DNA from: an uncultured Eubacteriales bacterium
GTDB taxonomy: Bacteria > Bacillota > Clostridia > Christensenellales > Borkfalkiaceae
Length of the DNA: 64,000 nucleotides
Assembly: GCA_905209085.1 (NCBI GenBank)
Contig: CAJLRM010000001.1
Location: forward strand, 328,289 to 392,288
Reading direction: 5' to 3'
The notes under the pieces are model-generated. The model saw only the letters and a list, made by a program, of their open reading frames with translations, ran no database searches and was not told where the DNA came from. How positions within the stretch are numbered: the stretch's first letter is position 1; every line of letters starts with the position of its first letter. Shown piece by piece: positions 1-8,873 of this stretch. The position numbers and the translations under genes were made by a program.

Positions 1-123
1 CCAGAATTCGATGGTGGTCTTGCCGTCCTTGTTCTTGCCGCCGTCGCCGCCGCAGCCTGCCGCCGCGGCGATTACGAACACCGAACACAGCGAGATCGCT
101 ATCCTTTTTATCGATTTTTTCAT
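1..123 (-). CDS. N-terminal 41 codons of a lipoprotein, probably an extracellular solute-binding protein. Partial; the gene continues beyond the window start.
   Basis: The reverse complement of 1..123 reads MKKSIKRIAISLCSVFVIAAAAGCGGDGGKNKDGKTTIEFW. This is a signal peptide with an AAGC lipobox and a TIEFW start typical of ABC substrate-binding proteins. ATG at 123..121 is preceded by GGAGG. Confidence 0.45.
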   Translation of the reverse strand, partial: MKKSIKRIAISLCSVFVIAAAAGCGGDGGKNKDGKTTIEFW

Positions 124-293
124 TTTATAAATCCTGCCTCCTGTCAGTGATCCGTTCCCCTTCGCGCCTTTTCGCGCAAGGGAGAGAACGGGAAGTCTTT
201 GTAAGCGCGGCTTTTTCAAACCCGCGCACCCTTATGAAGCGAAGCCTTGCCGCCGCGTTTTTTCGGGGTTTTCTTTCCGTCGACGGTCTTTAT

Positions 294-324
294 CCCCCCG
301 CCGCGGAAAAATCCGCGGCGGGGG
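294..324. terminator. GC-rich perfect hairpin (12-bp stem, 6-nt loop) downstream of the 346..2865 gene.
   Basis: CCCCCCGCCGCGG-AAAAAT-CCGCGGCGGGGG. It lies 22 nt after the stop of the minus-strand gene. The U-tract is weak, so this may be a stabilising stem-loop rather than a strong intrinsic terminator. Confidence 0.35.
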
Positions 325-345
325 AAAGAATCTATCCCCGAAATT

Positions 346-2865
346 TTAAATTTCCCGCACCGAAATATCGGTAAGCGCGCCCGACATCGTGTTCGCCCAA
401 ATCACCGCGCAGCCGAGCGTTCCGTTTTGCGCGGAGAGATTCCTGTGCGTGGCCTCGGGACGGCCGTCTATATAGAAATAGACGTTGTACTTGTCGCCCG
501 TCTTTTTCACGTCGATCTTGTAAGCGTGCGTCCCTTGACAATACTGCGCGTATTCCTTTCCATCGCGGAACGCGTACTGATGGCCTTCGCCCGTATAATC
601 GGGATCGTTATCGGGAATAAACTCGTCCGTGACGGGAGCCTGCCAGACAGAGCGCCATTGATATTCTACCCAGCCGAAGCCGTAAATATTGGTGCAATAT
701 CCCCAGAAATCGCCGTCGGGAGAGCCTTCCAAACATACGTCGTACCACCCCCACGGACTGCCCGCCGTTTCATAGGCGCCGAGCGTAAAATGAATTTTCT
801 TGTTCTTTTCATGGAAGTTCAAATCGGTTACTTTGAATTCTATCGTATAATCGCCCGTAAAGTTCAGGTTATCGTAAACGAGTTTTGAAGTTTCGTAATT
901 TGTGGATCCGTTCGCCTTAAAGATGACGGTGTTGTCGCCGTAAATAATCTTATCGAGCTGACCGTTGCCGATATCCAGTTTTTCGTTGTCGTACACCCAG
1001 ATCACGTCGTCCCTGACATTGATTTCCGCCGCGCGGATCGCGTACGTCTTGCCGCTGCCGAACGTCGCCTTCACGAAATACCTGCCCGCCGTCTTCGGCT
1101 TGAAGTAAGTATACGTGACGTTGTTTTCGAGCGTCGTCGTGGTATACGTTTCCATCACATCCGCAGTGACGTCCGTCGCGTCCGTCAGCGTGTCGCCTTT
1201 GAAGATACGGATTTCCGCGGCGTTTGCCGAATCTGCGTAGACGATATGCGCGACGTTGGTGCGCGCTTCCCTGGTATTCTTGGAAACGTCGATATTGGCG
1301 GCGTCCGCGCCGGAAACGGTGAATTCCACGCTCTTTTCTATCTGTTTGCCCGCGCTCGTCGCCGTCATTTTCGCGGCGTATACGCCCGTATCCGTCATCG
1401 TGAACTTAAAGCCGTCTTTGGCGTTGCCCTTGATCTCGGTATTCGTGTCGACGCCGTTTTTATAAATTTTAAGCGTCGCGCCGTTGATCATGTCCGCGTC
1501 GTCCGAGGTGAAGGACGCGTTCAGCGTAATTTCTTTCCCCACCTGATTGAAGGAAGAAAGTCCGACGTTCGTGATGTTGAAATCGGAATATACGTTGATA
1601 TCCGCGCTGACCTTATTGGAAACGTTGCCTTTAAGATCGGTCACTTGGACTTCGACTTTATAGACGCCGCCGCTCGAAAGGGTGAGTTTTCCGTTGCTCG
1701 GCGTGACGTCGTCGCCCGATGGATCGGTCACTTTCCACGCGACCGACGCATACGCGTTGTAAATTTCGTCCGTAACGACGAGTCCGTCTTTAAGATTGAT
1801 CGTGCTGCCCACGCCCTGATCCTCGTAGTCGAGCACGACCTTGGGAGAGGTCTTGTCATCTTCGAGCTGCTTATAGCTCTTGATTCCGATAGAGCCCTGC
1901 ACGTTCATGGATTCCACCCAAACGCCGCCCAAAACGTCCGTGTAATTTCCTTTTACGTTGAGGGAAGTGAAATATTCGCCGTCCCAGGTGATTACGTAAT
2001 AGCCGTGTTTGCTCTCGGAGTTACTGATCACGCGGGTAAAGCCGATTTCGTGCTCCTCTCCGTTCACAAGGGTTTGATATCCGCTCACCGATTTATTGGT
2101 GCTGATCCAGCCCGTGCCCGTCCAATCGTCGCCGCTCGCCGTACCGTTGTCGTCGAAAATCCAGGAGGAAAGCGTGCCGTCCTCTACGTTGAGGGCGATG
2201 TTGTCGTCCCGCTTATTTTCGTCCGTTCTGTCCATGCCGAAATACAGACGCTTGGGCGAACCGCCGCCGACGCCGTCTATTTTCACTTTATAGGCGATCT
2301 CGTAATCGCCCTTGAAAGTGACGCCCGTCGCTCTGTACTGCCCGCTGTCGTTCTCCCCTTCTCCCGTATAAGTATTGTCGAACGTGATGACGGGACTTAA
2401 AGGATCGGTATTGTCGACGGTCACGCCCTTGCCGGCGGAGGCCTTCGGCACGAAGTTCATCGTGCAGTAATCCACCGTGAACACCGCGGTGAAAGGTTTG
2501 CCGTTTTCGTCTTTGATCTCGCCGCCCTTGTCGTCCACAATCGTAATCGTAAAGGTATACAGACCGATTGCGTCCTTGTTTTCGCCCGGGGCAAACATTT
2601 TCGTTTCGGCGTTATACACTTTTTCCGTGACGTCTTTTCCGTCCAGCGTCACTTTGACCGAATACTTCGCGTTCACCACTTCGCCGAGATTTTTCACGAC
2701 CGGATCGATCTTCATCCCGTTGCCGTACAACAGTTCGCTCGTCACGGACGAAGTGTCGATGGAATAATAATCGTTATACTTATTATTATCATCGGTACAC
2801 GCCGCCGCACTCAACGTCAGCACCAGCGATAACGCCGCCGCTAACATCCCTTTTAATTGCTTCAT
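346..2865 (-). CDS. Large surface lipoprotein with tandem Ig-like beta-sandwich domains and a C-terminal concanavalin/LamG-like domain.
   Basis: 839-aa ORF. N-terminus MKQLKGMLAAALSLVLTLSAAAC carries a lipobox. It has repeated T/V/K/D-rich beta-strand segments typical of Big/Ig-like domains. The Trp/Tyr/Gly-rich C-terminal ~180 aa is consistent with a LamG/jelly-roll fold. Confidence 0.6.
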   Translation of the reverse strand: MKQLKGMLAAALSLVLTLSAAACTDDNNKYNDYYSIDTSSVTSELLYGNGMKIDPVVKNLGEVVNAKYSVKVTLDGKDVTEKVYNAETKMFAPGENKDAIGLYTFTITIVDDKGGEIKDENGKPFTAVFTVDYCTMNFVPKASAGKGVTVDNTDPLSPVITFDNTYTGEGENDSGQYRATGVTFKGDYEIAYKVKIDGVGGGSPKRLYFGMDRTDENKRDDNIALNVEDGTLSSWIFDDNGTASGDDWTGTGWISTNKSVSGYQTLVNGEEHEIGFTRVISNSESKHGYYVITWDGEYFTSLNVKGNYTDVLGGVWVESMNVQGSIGIKSYKQLEDDKTSPKVVLDYEDQGVGSTINLKDGLVVTDEIYNAYASVAWKVTDPSGDDVTPSNGKLTLSSGGVYKVEVQVTDLKGNVSNKVSADINVYSDFNITNVGLSSFNQVGKEITLNASFTSDDADMINGATLKIYKNGVDTNTEIKGNAKDGFKFTMTDTGVYAAKMTATSAGKQIEKSVEFTVSGADAANIDVSKNTREARTNVAHIVYADSANAAEIRIFKGDTLTDATDVTADVMETYTTTTLENNVTYTYFKPKTAGRYFVKATFGSGKTYAIRAAEINVRDDVIWVYDNEKLDIGNGQLDKIIYGDNTVIFKANGSTNYETSKLVYDNLNFTGDYTIEFKVTDLNFHEKNKKIHFTLGAYETAGSPWGWYDVCLEGSPDGDFWGYCTNIYGFGWVEYQWRSVWQAPVTDEFIPDNDPDYTGEGHQYAFRDGKEYAQYCQGTHAYKIDVKKTGDKYNVYFYIDGRPEATHRNLSAQNGTLGCAVIWANTMSGALTDISVREI

Positions 2866-2886
2866 ACTTTTTCCTCCTGAAATTTT

Positions 2887-4389
2887 TTATAAATACGTCG
2901 CCACGATACAGTCGAGATACAAACTTTCAAGCCCTCTGAACGTTACGACATTTTTACCTTTTTGGAATTTTACGTTGATTTGGGTAAGCGTAAACAATTC
3001 TTCGTAATGGGTATAAGGCACGGAAAGAGAAATTTCCTCTCCGTTTACGATAGCCTGCGTCTTTATTTTGCCTTTTTTGCCCTGCGCGTTGGAATAACGG
3101 AAAGCGATCACGCCCCTGCCCTCGCGCTTTGCCTTAAATTCGAAGCGGACTTCCGTGCCGTCCGTTCGGAATCCCACGGCTTTCTCCGAAGAAGCGTAGC
3201 TGAAATCCCTGCCTTTTTCGAAAGTTTCGACGAAGCAGGACGACGCCTTCACCGCATCCTCGGCTTCGTATTTTACCTTTTCCGAAACGTCACCCGACGG
3301 AAGATTCACCTCCTCCGTCCACGCGGACAACTCCACTTTCGGAACGTTTCCGTCCCATTCGAGTTTTTGAAGGCGCAGCGTTCTGTCCCAGCCCGCGCCC
3401 GAGTACTTGGCCGCGTGATAAACGATCCAGTCCTCTTTTCCGTCCGGCGACTTCACCACCGAGTTATGCCCCGGGGAAATCACGTCCTTTTCTTTAAGAT
3501 CCGTTTCCATCAGCGGCTTATCGCACTTCGTCCAATGCTCTTTTAAAAGCGGATCCTCCCCCGTCAGCGTGAGATAGGCGATAGAGTAGCCGTCCGAGCC
3601 GGAATAGCCCGCGGAATACATCAGAATCGGCGTGCCGTCCGGCGCAAAGGCGACGCAGGGACCTTCGTTCTGGCTCGCACCAAGCCGCTCCCAATCCTCT
3701 TTCGGCTCGCTGATCAAATACCTGCCCCCGTCGGATGTTTCCCTGACTTTGGTCGGATCCCCCGGTTCGAGTTCGGCGATATAGAGATTCTGCGTCCAAA
3801 AGGCGGTATGTACCCGATTCGGCCACCCCGACCAAATCACGTACTGTCTGCCTTTATAGTCCATAAAAGTGGCGTCTATCGAACGCTTGTCCTCGGGAAG
3901 TTCCAGCTTGACGGGCGGGGCATAGTTCCCGAAAGCGTCCCCGCCTTCGCTCTTCATGATATACGTGCGCCGCGCCCCGTCTATCCCGTCCGGCTCCTCG
4001 AATTCGAGGGGCGCCGCCGTGAACAGCAGATACCAATGCCCCCCGAAAAAGAACATCTCGGGCGCCCAGATCTGTTGGATTCCCAAAGCGCGCACCGGAG
4101 AAACGATCTTGGTCACCTCGGGGTTACTGAAATCCGGAAACAGAGTCGTGAGGCTTTTGGATTTGGTGATCGTAAGCGTCTGTTCCCCGTTCAGCGTTTC
4201 GCAGACCACGTAATAGTACTCATCTCCGCTCTTGTAATACCAAGGGTCGTGTCCCGTGAGATTGACGGGATTATAGAACGTGCCGTTCATTTGCGTTCCT
4301 TTCATGAGTCCGCCGCCTTTGCACCCCGCCGCCCCGAAGCCGAAAAACAAAATCGCGGAAAGCAGAACGCCAAAAATCTTTTTTCTCAT
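2887..4389 (-). CDS. Glycoside hydrolase family 43 lipoprotein (beta-xylosidase/arabinanase-like) with a C-terminal CBM6/35-like carbohydrate-binding module.
   Basis: 500 aa. Lipobox FGAAGC. GH43 five-bladed propeller signatures are present: WAPEMFFFGGHWYLLFTA, GPCVAFAPDGTPILMYS, ISPGHNSVVKSPDGKEDWIVYHA. The C-terminal KYEAEDAV... beta-sandwich module is the CBM. Confidence 0.7.
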   Translation of the reverse strand: MRKKIFGVLLSAILFFGFGAAGCKGGGLMKGTQMNGTFYNPVNLTGHDPWYYKSGDEYYYVVCETLNGEQTLTITKSKSLTTLFPDFSNPEVTKIVSPVRALGIQQIWAPEMFFFGGHWYLLFTAAPLEFEEPDGIDGARRTYIMKSEGGDAFGNYAPPVKLELPEDKRSIDATFMDYKGRQYVIWSGWPNRVHTAFWTQNLYIAELEPGDPTKVRETSDGGRYLISEPKEDWERLGASQNEGPCVAFAPDGTPILMYSAGYSGSDGYSIAYLTLTGEDPLLKEHWTKCDKPLMETDLKEKDVISPGHNSVVKSPDGKEDWIVYHAAKYSGAGWDRTLRLQKLEWDGNVPKVELSAWTEEVNLPSGDVSEKVKYEAEDAVKASSCFVETFEKGRDFSYASSEKAVGFRTDGTEVRFEFKAKREGRGVIAFRYSNAQGKKGKIKTQAIVNGEEISLSVPYTHYEELFTLTQINVKFQKGKNVVTFRGLESLYLDCIVATYL

Positions 4390-4391
4390 TA

Positions 4392-5912
4392 TTATTTATC
4401 CAAAGCGTCCACTACGATGCAGTCGAGCAGAATGTTCTGATCGCATTTGATTTCGATGACGTTGGGGCCGTTGGGTTTCAGGAATAAGTCGCAGAAAAAC
4501 GCGTTGTTGGAGAAGGTGTCGTCATAGGGCGTTTTCGGCGTATACAGCTGATAAGAAGTGCCGTTGACGATCATTTCCACCGTCGTTGCGGAAACCGCCT
4601 GATTGGAATATCTGAGAAGTATCCGATATTGTCCGTTCGCTTTGACGTTTACTTTAAACGTGAGCTTATCCTCCGCGTCCGAAATACGCACCGCTTTGCC
4701 GCCCGACGCAGCCGGAATCGTCCCCTCGCCGTTTTCATAGGTCACCTCCGTAACCGTACAGCTTTCGCCGAGGACGGCGTCCTCCGCTTCGTAACGGATT
4801 CTGTTCGTCTTTTCTCCGGAGGGCATGGGCGCCGCCTCGTTGTAAGAGTAGATCCTTTCCACAACGGGAACGTTTCCATTCCAGGTCATTTTCTGATAGC
4901 GCAGCGTCCTGTCCCAGCCCGCGCCCGAATATTTCGCGGCGTGATAGGCGATCCAATATTCGCTGTCGTCGGGGGACTTCACCACCGAGTTATGTCCCGG
5001 GGAAATCACGTCGTCCTCCGTTTCCATCAGGGGCTTTTCGCCCTTCGTCCAGCTGTCCGGATGGAGCGGGTCCTTCTCCGAGCCTTCGAGCGTGAGATAG
5101 CCGATACAATAGCCGTCGGTGCCGGAATGGGAGCCTGAATACAGCAGCGCGGGATTGCCCTGAGGCGAATAGGTGACGACGGGACCTTCGTTCTGGCTCG
5201 CGCCCAGCTTCTCCCAGTCGTATTCGGGCGTCGAGATCATCACCCGCTTTCCCTCCGTCGTCTTAGCCTTGGTGGGGTCTTTTTCGGCAAGCTCGGCTAT
5301 ATAAAGATCCTGACGATAATCTATGGTATGGTTCTTTTCCGGCCACCCCGCCCAAACGATATACTGTTTGCCGTTATAATCCATAAACGTGGCGTCGATG
5401 GCGCGAAGATCCTCGGGGAGTTTGATTTCCACGACGTTTTCCCATTCGCCGAAGACGTCTTCCCCTTTGCTCTTCAAGCAATACGTCCTTCTGTTGGCGT
5501 CCTTGATCTCGTTGTCGCTGTTGTCGCGCGTAGCGGTGAAATAGATATACCAATGCCCGTCGAAGAAAAAGATCTCGGGCGCCCAGATTTCGACAAGGGA
5601 CATCGCCTTCTGCCGGGCGACCACTTTCGTCCGCGTTTCGTCGCCCGCGTTGGCGGTGAGATTGGTCATCCACGGAGATTTCGTCACGGTGATCTGCGTG
5701 CCCTCGGAGTAGGTGAGATAATAATTTCCGTCATGTTTGTACACCCACGGATCGCCGAGTCCCGATTCCACCCGAAGGGGATTATAAAACGAGTCGTTCA
5801 TCGCCGTGCCGAAAGTAGCGTCGTTTTTCGTCCCCTCGCCGCCGCAGCCCGCGCCCGAAAGACAGAACGCCCCCGCCAGAATCAGGCTCAGCGCCCATTT
5901 AAAATGCTTCAT
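4392..5912 (-). CDS. Glycoside hydrolase family 43 lipoprotein, tandem paralog of 2887..4389, with a C-terminal CBM-like module.
   Basis: 506 aa. Lipobox SGAGC. The same GH43 blocks recur (WAPEIFFFDGHWYIYFTA, GPVVTYSPQGNPALLYS, ISPGHNSVVKSPDDSEYWIAYHA), and the RYEAEDAVL C-terminal module matches the neighbour. Confidence 0.7.
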   Translation of the reverse strand: MKHFKWALSLILAGAFCLSGAGCGGEGTKNDATFGTAMNDSFYNPLRVESGLGDPWVYKHDGNYYLTYSEGTQITVTKSPWMTNLTANAGDETRTKVVARQKAMSLVEIWAPEIFFFDGHWYIYFTATRDNSDNEIKDANRRTYCLKSKGEDVFGEWENVVEIKLPEDLRAIDATFMDYNGKQYIVWAGWPEKNHTIDYRQDLYIAELAEKDPTKAKTTEGKRVMISTPEYDWEKLGASQNEGPVVTYSPQGNPALLYSGSHSGTDGYCIGYLTLEGSEKDPLHPDSWTKGEKPLMETEDDVISPGHNSVVKSPDDSEYWIAYHAAKYSGAGWDRTLRYQKMTWNGNVPVVERIYSYNEAAPMPSGEKTNRIRYEAEDAVLGESCTVTEVTYENGEGTIPAASGGKAVRISDAEDKLTFKVNVKANGQYRILLRYSNQAVSATTVEMIVNGTSYQLYTPKTPYDDTFSNNAFFCDLFLKPNGPNVIEIKCDQNILLDCIVVDALDK

Positions 5913-5938
5913 GTATCCTTTTCCTCCTCGTTCTATTT

Positions 5939-7996
5939 TCAGCTTAAAAATTCAAGCCGTTTGATGATGTGATTTTGGTACTCTATATCGAGCTCGTTGA
6001 AGTAGCCGCTCCATCCCCATACCCGCACGATGAGATTTTTATAATCCTCGGGGTGCTTCTGCGCGTCGAGCAGGCAATCGCGGTTGACCGCGTTCAATTG
6101 CAGCTGATGTCCGCCGCTCTCCACGAACAACTGGACGAGCCGCGCGACTTTTTGCGTCCCCTCGTCGTTGCGGAAAAGGGTGTCGTGAAATTCGAGGGTG
6201 AGCGGACCGCCGTTGCAGATCCTCTCCAAATGAGGTTTGGTGAAAGAGTGAATCACGGAGAGCACGCCGTCGAATTTGATGTTGAGGGAGGGGGAATAAT
6301 TGGCGCTGAAAGGCTCCCCCGCCTTCCTCCCGTCGGGCGTCGCGCCCAGATTTTCGGAAAACCAGATATAATACATGGCGCTGCCCGTACCCGCGCGGAA
6401 AATGCCGCCACGGTCGTTTTTCAGACCGCTCACGCTGTCGGCGAAGCAGTCGGTGAGTTCTATGGCAATATCGTCCACGTAATCGTCGTTGTTGCCCATT
6501 TTGGGGGAGGCAAGGCAGAGGCTACGGATTTTTTCATATCCCGCGAAATTGTTTTCGAGCGCCTTGACAAGCTCCGCCGCGGCAATCTTCTTTTCGTCGA
6601 ACACCAGTTTTTTGACGGCGGCGAGGCTGTCCGCAGCCGTGGAAAGTCCGGCGCCGTGGAAGCCGTAATTGTTGTATTTCGTTCCGTCCGCGATATCTTT
6701 GCCCTCTTTGATGCAGTTCGTCATGAGGAGGGATTGATAAGGGGAAGGCTCGATGAAGATATTTCTCGTATTTTCCGCCATCGCTTCGCAGGAATAGGCG
6801 ATGCCCTTCCTGACTTCCGTCATGAACTCTTCGAAAGTGCCGCATTTTTCTATCTTCGCCCTGACGGCGTCCAGCACCACCTGCGGATAGTTCAGCGCGT
6901 CGATATTGGGGATGTCGTAAGCGACTCCGGGAATGATAAATTCCCAGCACGCCGCCACGACATAGCTGCGCGCGTCCTCCAATTCGTAGCCCATTTTCAC
7001 GAGCGCGGGAATCACCACGTCGTCGTTGGAATACTGCGGGAAACCAAGCCCCTGTTTGGTGAGAAGGGTGCCGTGATAGTACGTTTCAAAAGGCGTGTCC
7101 TTATTGACGCGGATGTTTATTTTCGGATCGATCAGATTCAAAGACAGGGAAGCGTCAAGGCAGATCTCGCTGAGTTCGTTATACACTTCCTTTCCGTCTT
7201 TGCCCGCGCCGCCGAGGACGAGGCTCTGCCCGTTGTCCCCCTGCTGCACGCCGGGATAGAGGTCGGCGTCGAAATTCAGATCTATGAAAAACTCGCTCGT
7301 AAGTTCCAGCGCCTTTTCCCTGTCGAGTTTTCCGCTGTCCATGTCCTTTTTGAAAAAGGGATACATATAGACGTCGAAGCGCCCGAGCGTATTGTGTTTG
7401 TTGCCGTTGAGCCACAAGACGAAATTGAGAAGGCGGAGCATCACCAGCGCTTCGTAATAGCTCTCAGGAGCTTTCGCGGGGACGTTTGCAAGCGCCTCGG
7501 CAAGCTCGGTTATCCCCATCCGCATGGCTTCTTCGCGGTATTTTTTCGCCATCAGCTCCACGGCGTCGATGCACACGTCCATCGCTTTCAACTCTTCGCA
7601 TTTTTCTTCGTCCCCGGCAAATTTTTTCATCTGCCTCCGGATCTGTTCCCGCTTTTTTTGAAAGCCCTGCGTTAAAATCCCCTCGTAATCGCTGGAAATA
7701 TTCCCCACCTGCGCCGAATCGAATATAAAATGCGTGTCGCGGATTTCCTCCGACTCTTGTTTCGTCAAAAGCGCGGGGATTTTTTTGATCGTCCGCATCA
7801 TGCCGATGCGGTCTTCCGGGAAAAGCACCGCTCTTTCCGCCTCCGCCATTTTGAGGAGCCTCGCCGCGCTGCGTAAGGAGAGGTTTTTATGTCCGGCGTA
7901 AAAAGCCTCGGACAAAACGACCTCGTTTTCTCCGCGCAGGTTTCTGTATTCACGCTTTTGCAGCCTTTGATAGACCGCTTTGATCCTGTCGTTCAT
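5939..7996 (-). CDS. Glycyl radical enzyme of the pyruvate formate-lyase superfamily, non-PFL (dehydratase/lyase-like) class.
   Basis: 685 aa. C-terminal glycyl-radical motif IVRVWGWSGYFNELDIEYQNHIIKR fits the RVxG[FYW] consensus. The Cys loop AACWEF is of the GCVE type found in CutC/GDH enzymes rather than the CC pair of PFL. The activase gene is immediately upstream. Confidence 0.7.
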   Translation of the reverse strand: MNDRIKAVYQRLQKREYRNLRGENEVVLSEAFYAGHKNLSLRSAARLLKMAEAERAVLFPEDRIGMMRTIKKIPALLTKQESEEIRDTHFIFDSAQVGNISSDYEGILTQGFQKKREQIRRQMKKFAGDEEKCEELKAMDVCIDAVELMAKKYREEAMRMGITELAEALANVPAKAPESYYEALVMLRLLNFVLWLNGNKHNTLGRFDVYMYPFFKKDMDSGKLDREKALELTSEFFIDLNFDADLYPGVQQGDNGQSLVLGGAGKDGKEVYNELSEICLDASLSLNLIDPKINIRVNKDTPFETYYHGTLLTKQGLGFPQYSNDDVVIPALVKMGYELEDARSYVVAACWEFIIPGVAYDIPNIDALNYPQVVLDAVRAKIEKCGTFEEFMTEVRKGIAYSCEAMAENTRNIFIEPSPYQSLLMTNCIKEGKDIADGTKYNNYGFHGAGLSTAADSLAAVKKLVFDEKKIAAAELVKALENNFAGYEKIRSLCLASPKMGNNDDYVDDIAIELTDCFADSVSGLKNDRGGIFRAGTGSAMYYIWFSENLGATPDGRKAGEPFSANYSPSLNIKFDGVLSVIHSFTKPHLERICNGGPLTLEFHDTLFRNDEGTQKVARLVQLFVESGGHQLQLNAVNRDCLLDAQKHPEDYKNLIVRVWGWSGYFNELDIEYQNHIIKRLEFLS

Positions 7997-8021
7997 TGTA
8001 TATTGCCTCCTTCTTTATCAT

Positions 8022-8870
8022 TCACATCACTTTTACGGGAATCCCCTCTCTTTCGAAAAGGGCCGTGTCGATATGCACTTCCGCTTTTTCGTCGAAAACC
8101 GGTCGATATTCCTTTCCCACCAATTTGTATTTACTGCCCGCCATTTTATTATAGGGGAGCAGTTCCACGCCCGAGGCATTTGAATTTTTCACCCGCTCCG
8201 CGATCGCTTTTAGATTTTCCCCGGTATCCGTCACGCCGGGTATCAAAGGTACGCGCGCCACGAACGGAACGCCGCTGTCGCTTAAAATCTGATAGTTCTT
8301 TAAAATCAGGGTATTGTCGCAGCCCGTATAGCGGACGGCGCCTTCCCTATCCATCACTTTCAGATCATACATCACGTAATCGACGACGGAGAGCACTCTT
8401 TTGAACTTTTCGCTGTCCGCGTAGCCGCACGTCTGAATGGCGGTGTGCACTTTGCCTTTCAAATTCCCGATGACTTCCGCTAAAAAATCTGCGTACAGAA
8501 GGCACTCGCCGCCCGAAAAGGTGACGCCTCCCCCGCATTCGTTGAGATAATCGGCGTTTTTGAGAAGTTTTTTCGTCAGGCGCTCCGCCGTGTAAATTTC
8601 ACCGCTGAAACGGATCAGATTCCGCGGGCACGCCGCGATGCAGCTGCCGCAGAGGATACACTTTTTCCTGTCGGGACACACTCGCTCGCAGGCGCCGCAA
8701 TGCAGACAGCCGTTGGGATTTTTGACGATCTGCACGCGCGGTTCCAGGCCCTCGGGATTGTGGCACCAATTGCACCGCATCGGGCAGCCCTTGAAAAACA
8801 CCGTGGTGCGGATTCCCGGACCGTCATAGACGGAAAATTCCTCGATTGAAAAAACGATACCTTGTTCCAT
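8022..8870 (-). CDS. Glycyl-radical enzyme activating protein (radical SAM), with two extra ferredoxin-like 4Fe-4S motifs.
   Basis: 282 aa. CPMRCNWCHNPE is the CxxxCxxC radical-SAM cluster motif. CLHCGACERVCP and CILCGSCIAACP are the extra clusters typical of dehydratase-class GRE activases. The gene lies 25 nt upstream of the GRE. Confidence 0.85.
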   Translation of the reverse strand: MEQGIVFSIEEFSVYDGPGIRTTVFFKGCPMRCNWCHNPEGLEPRVQIVKNPNGCLHCGACERVCPDRKKCILCGSCIAACPRNLIRFSGEIYTAERLTKKLLKNADYLNECGGGVTFSGGECLLYADFLAEVIGNLKGKVHTAIQTCGYADSEKFKRVLSVVDYVMYDLKVMDREGAVRYTGCDNTLILKNYQILSDSGVPFVARVPLIPGVTDTGENLKAIAERVKNSNASGVELLPYNKMAGSKYKLVGKEYRPVFDEKAEVHIDTALFEREGIPVKVM

Positions 8871-8873
8871 GGC

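Noticed and set aside
5969-7675. Long plus-strand ORFs (e.g. 5969..7675, 9900..10403, 49876..52584, 58665..60818, 29162..30952) antisense to the minus-strand genes.
   Set aside because: They are Arg/Pro/His-rich, lack RBS, and exactly shadow well-supported minus-strand genes. They are typical high-GC antisense artefacts.
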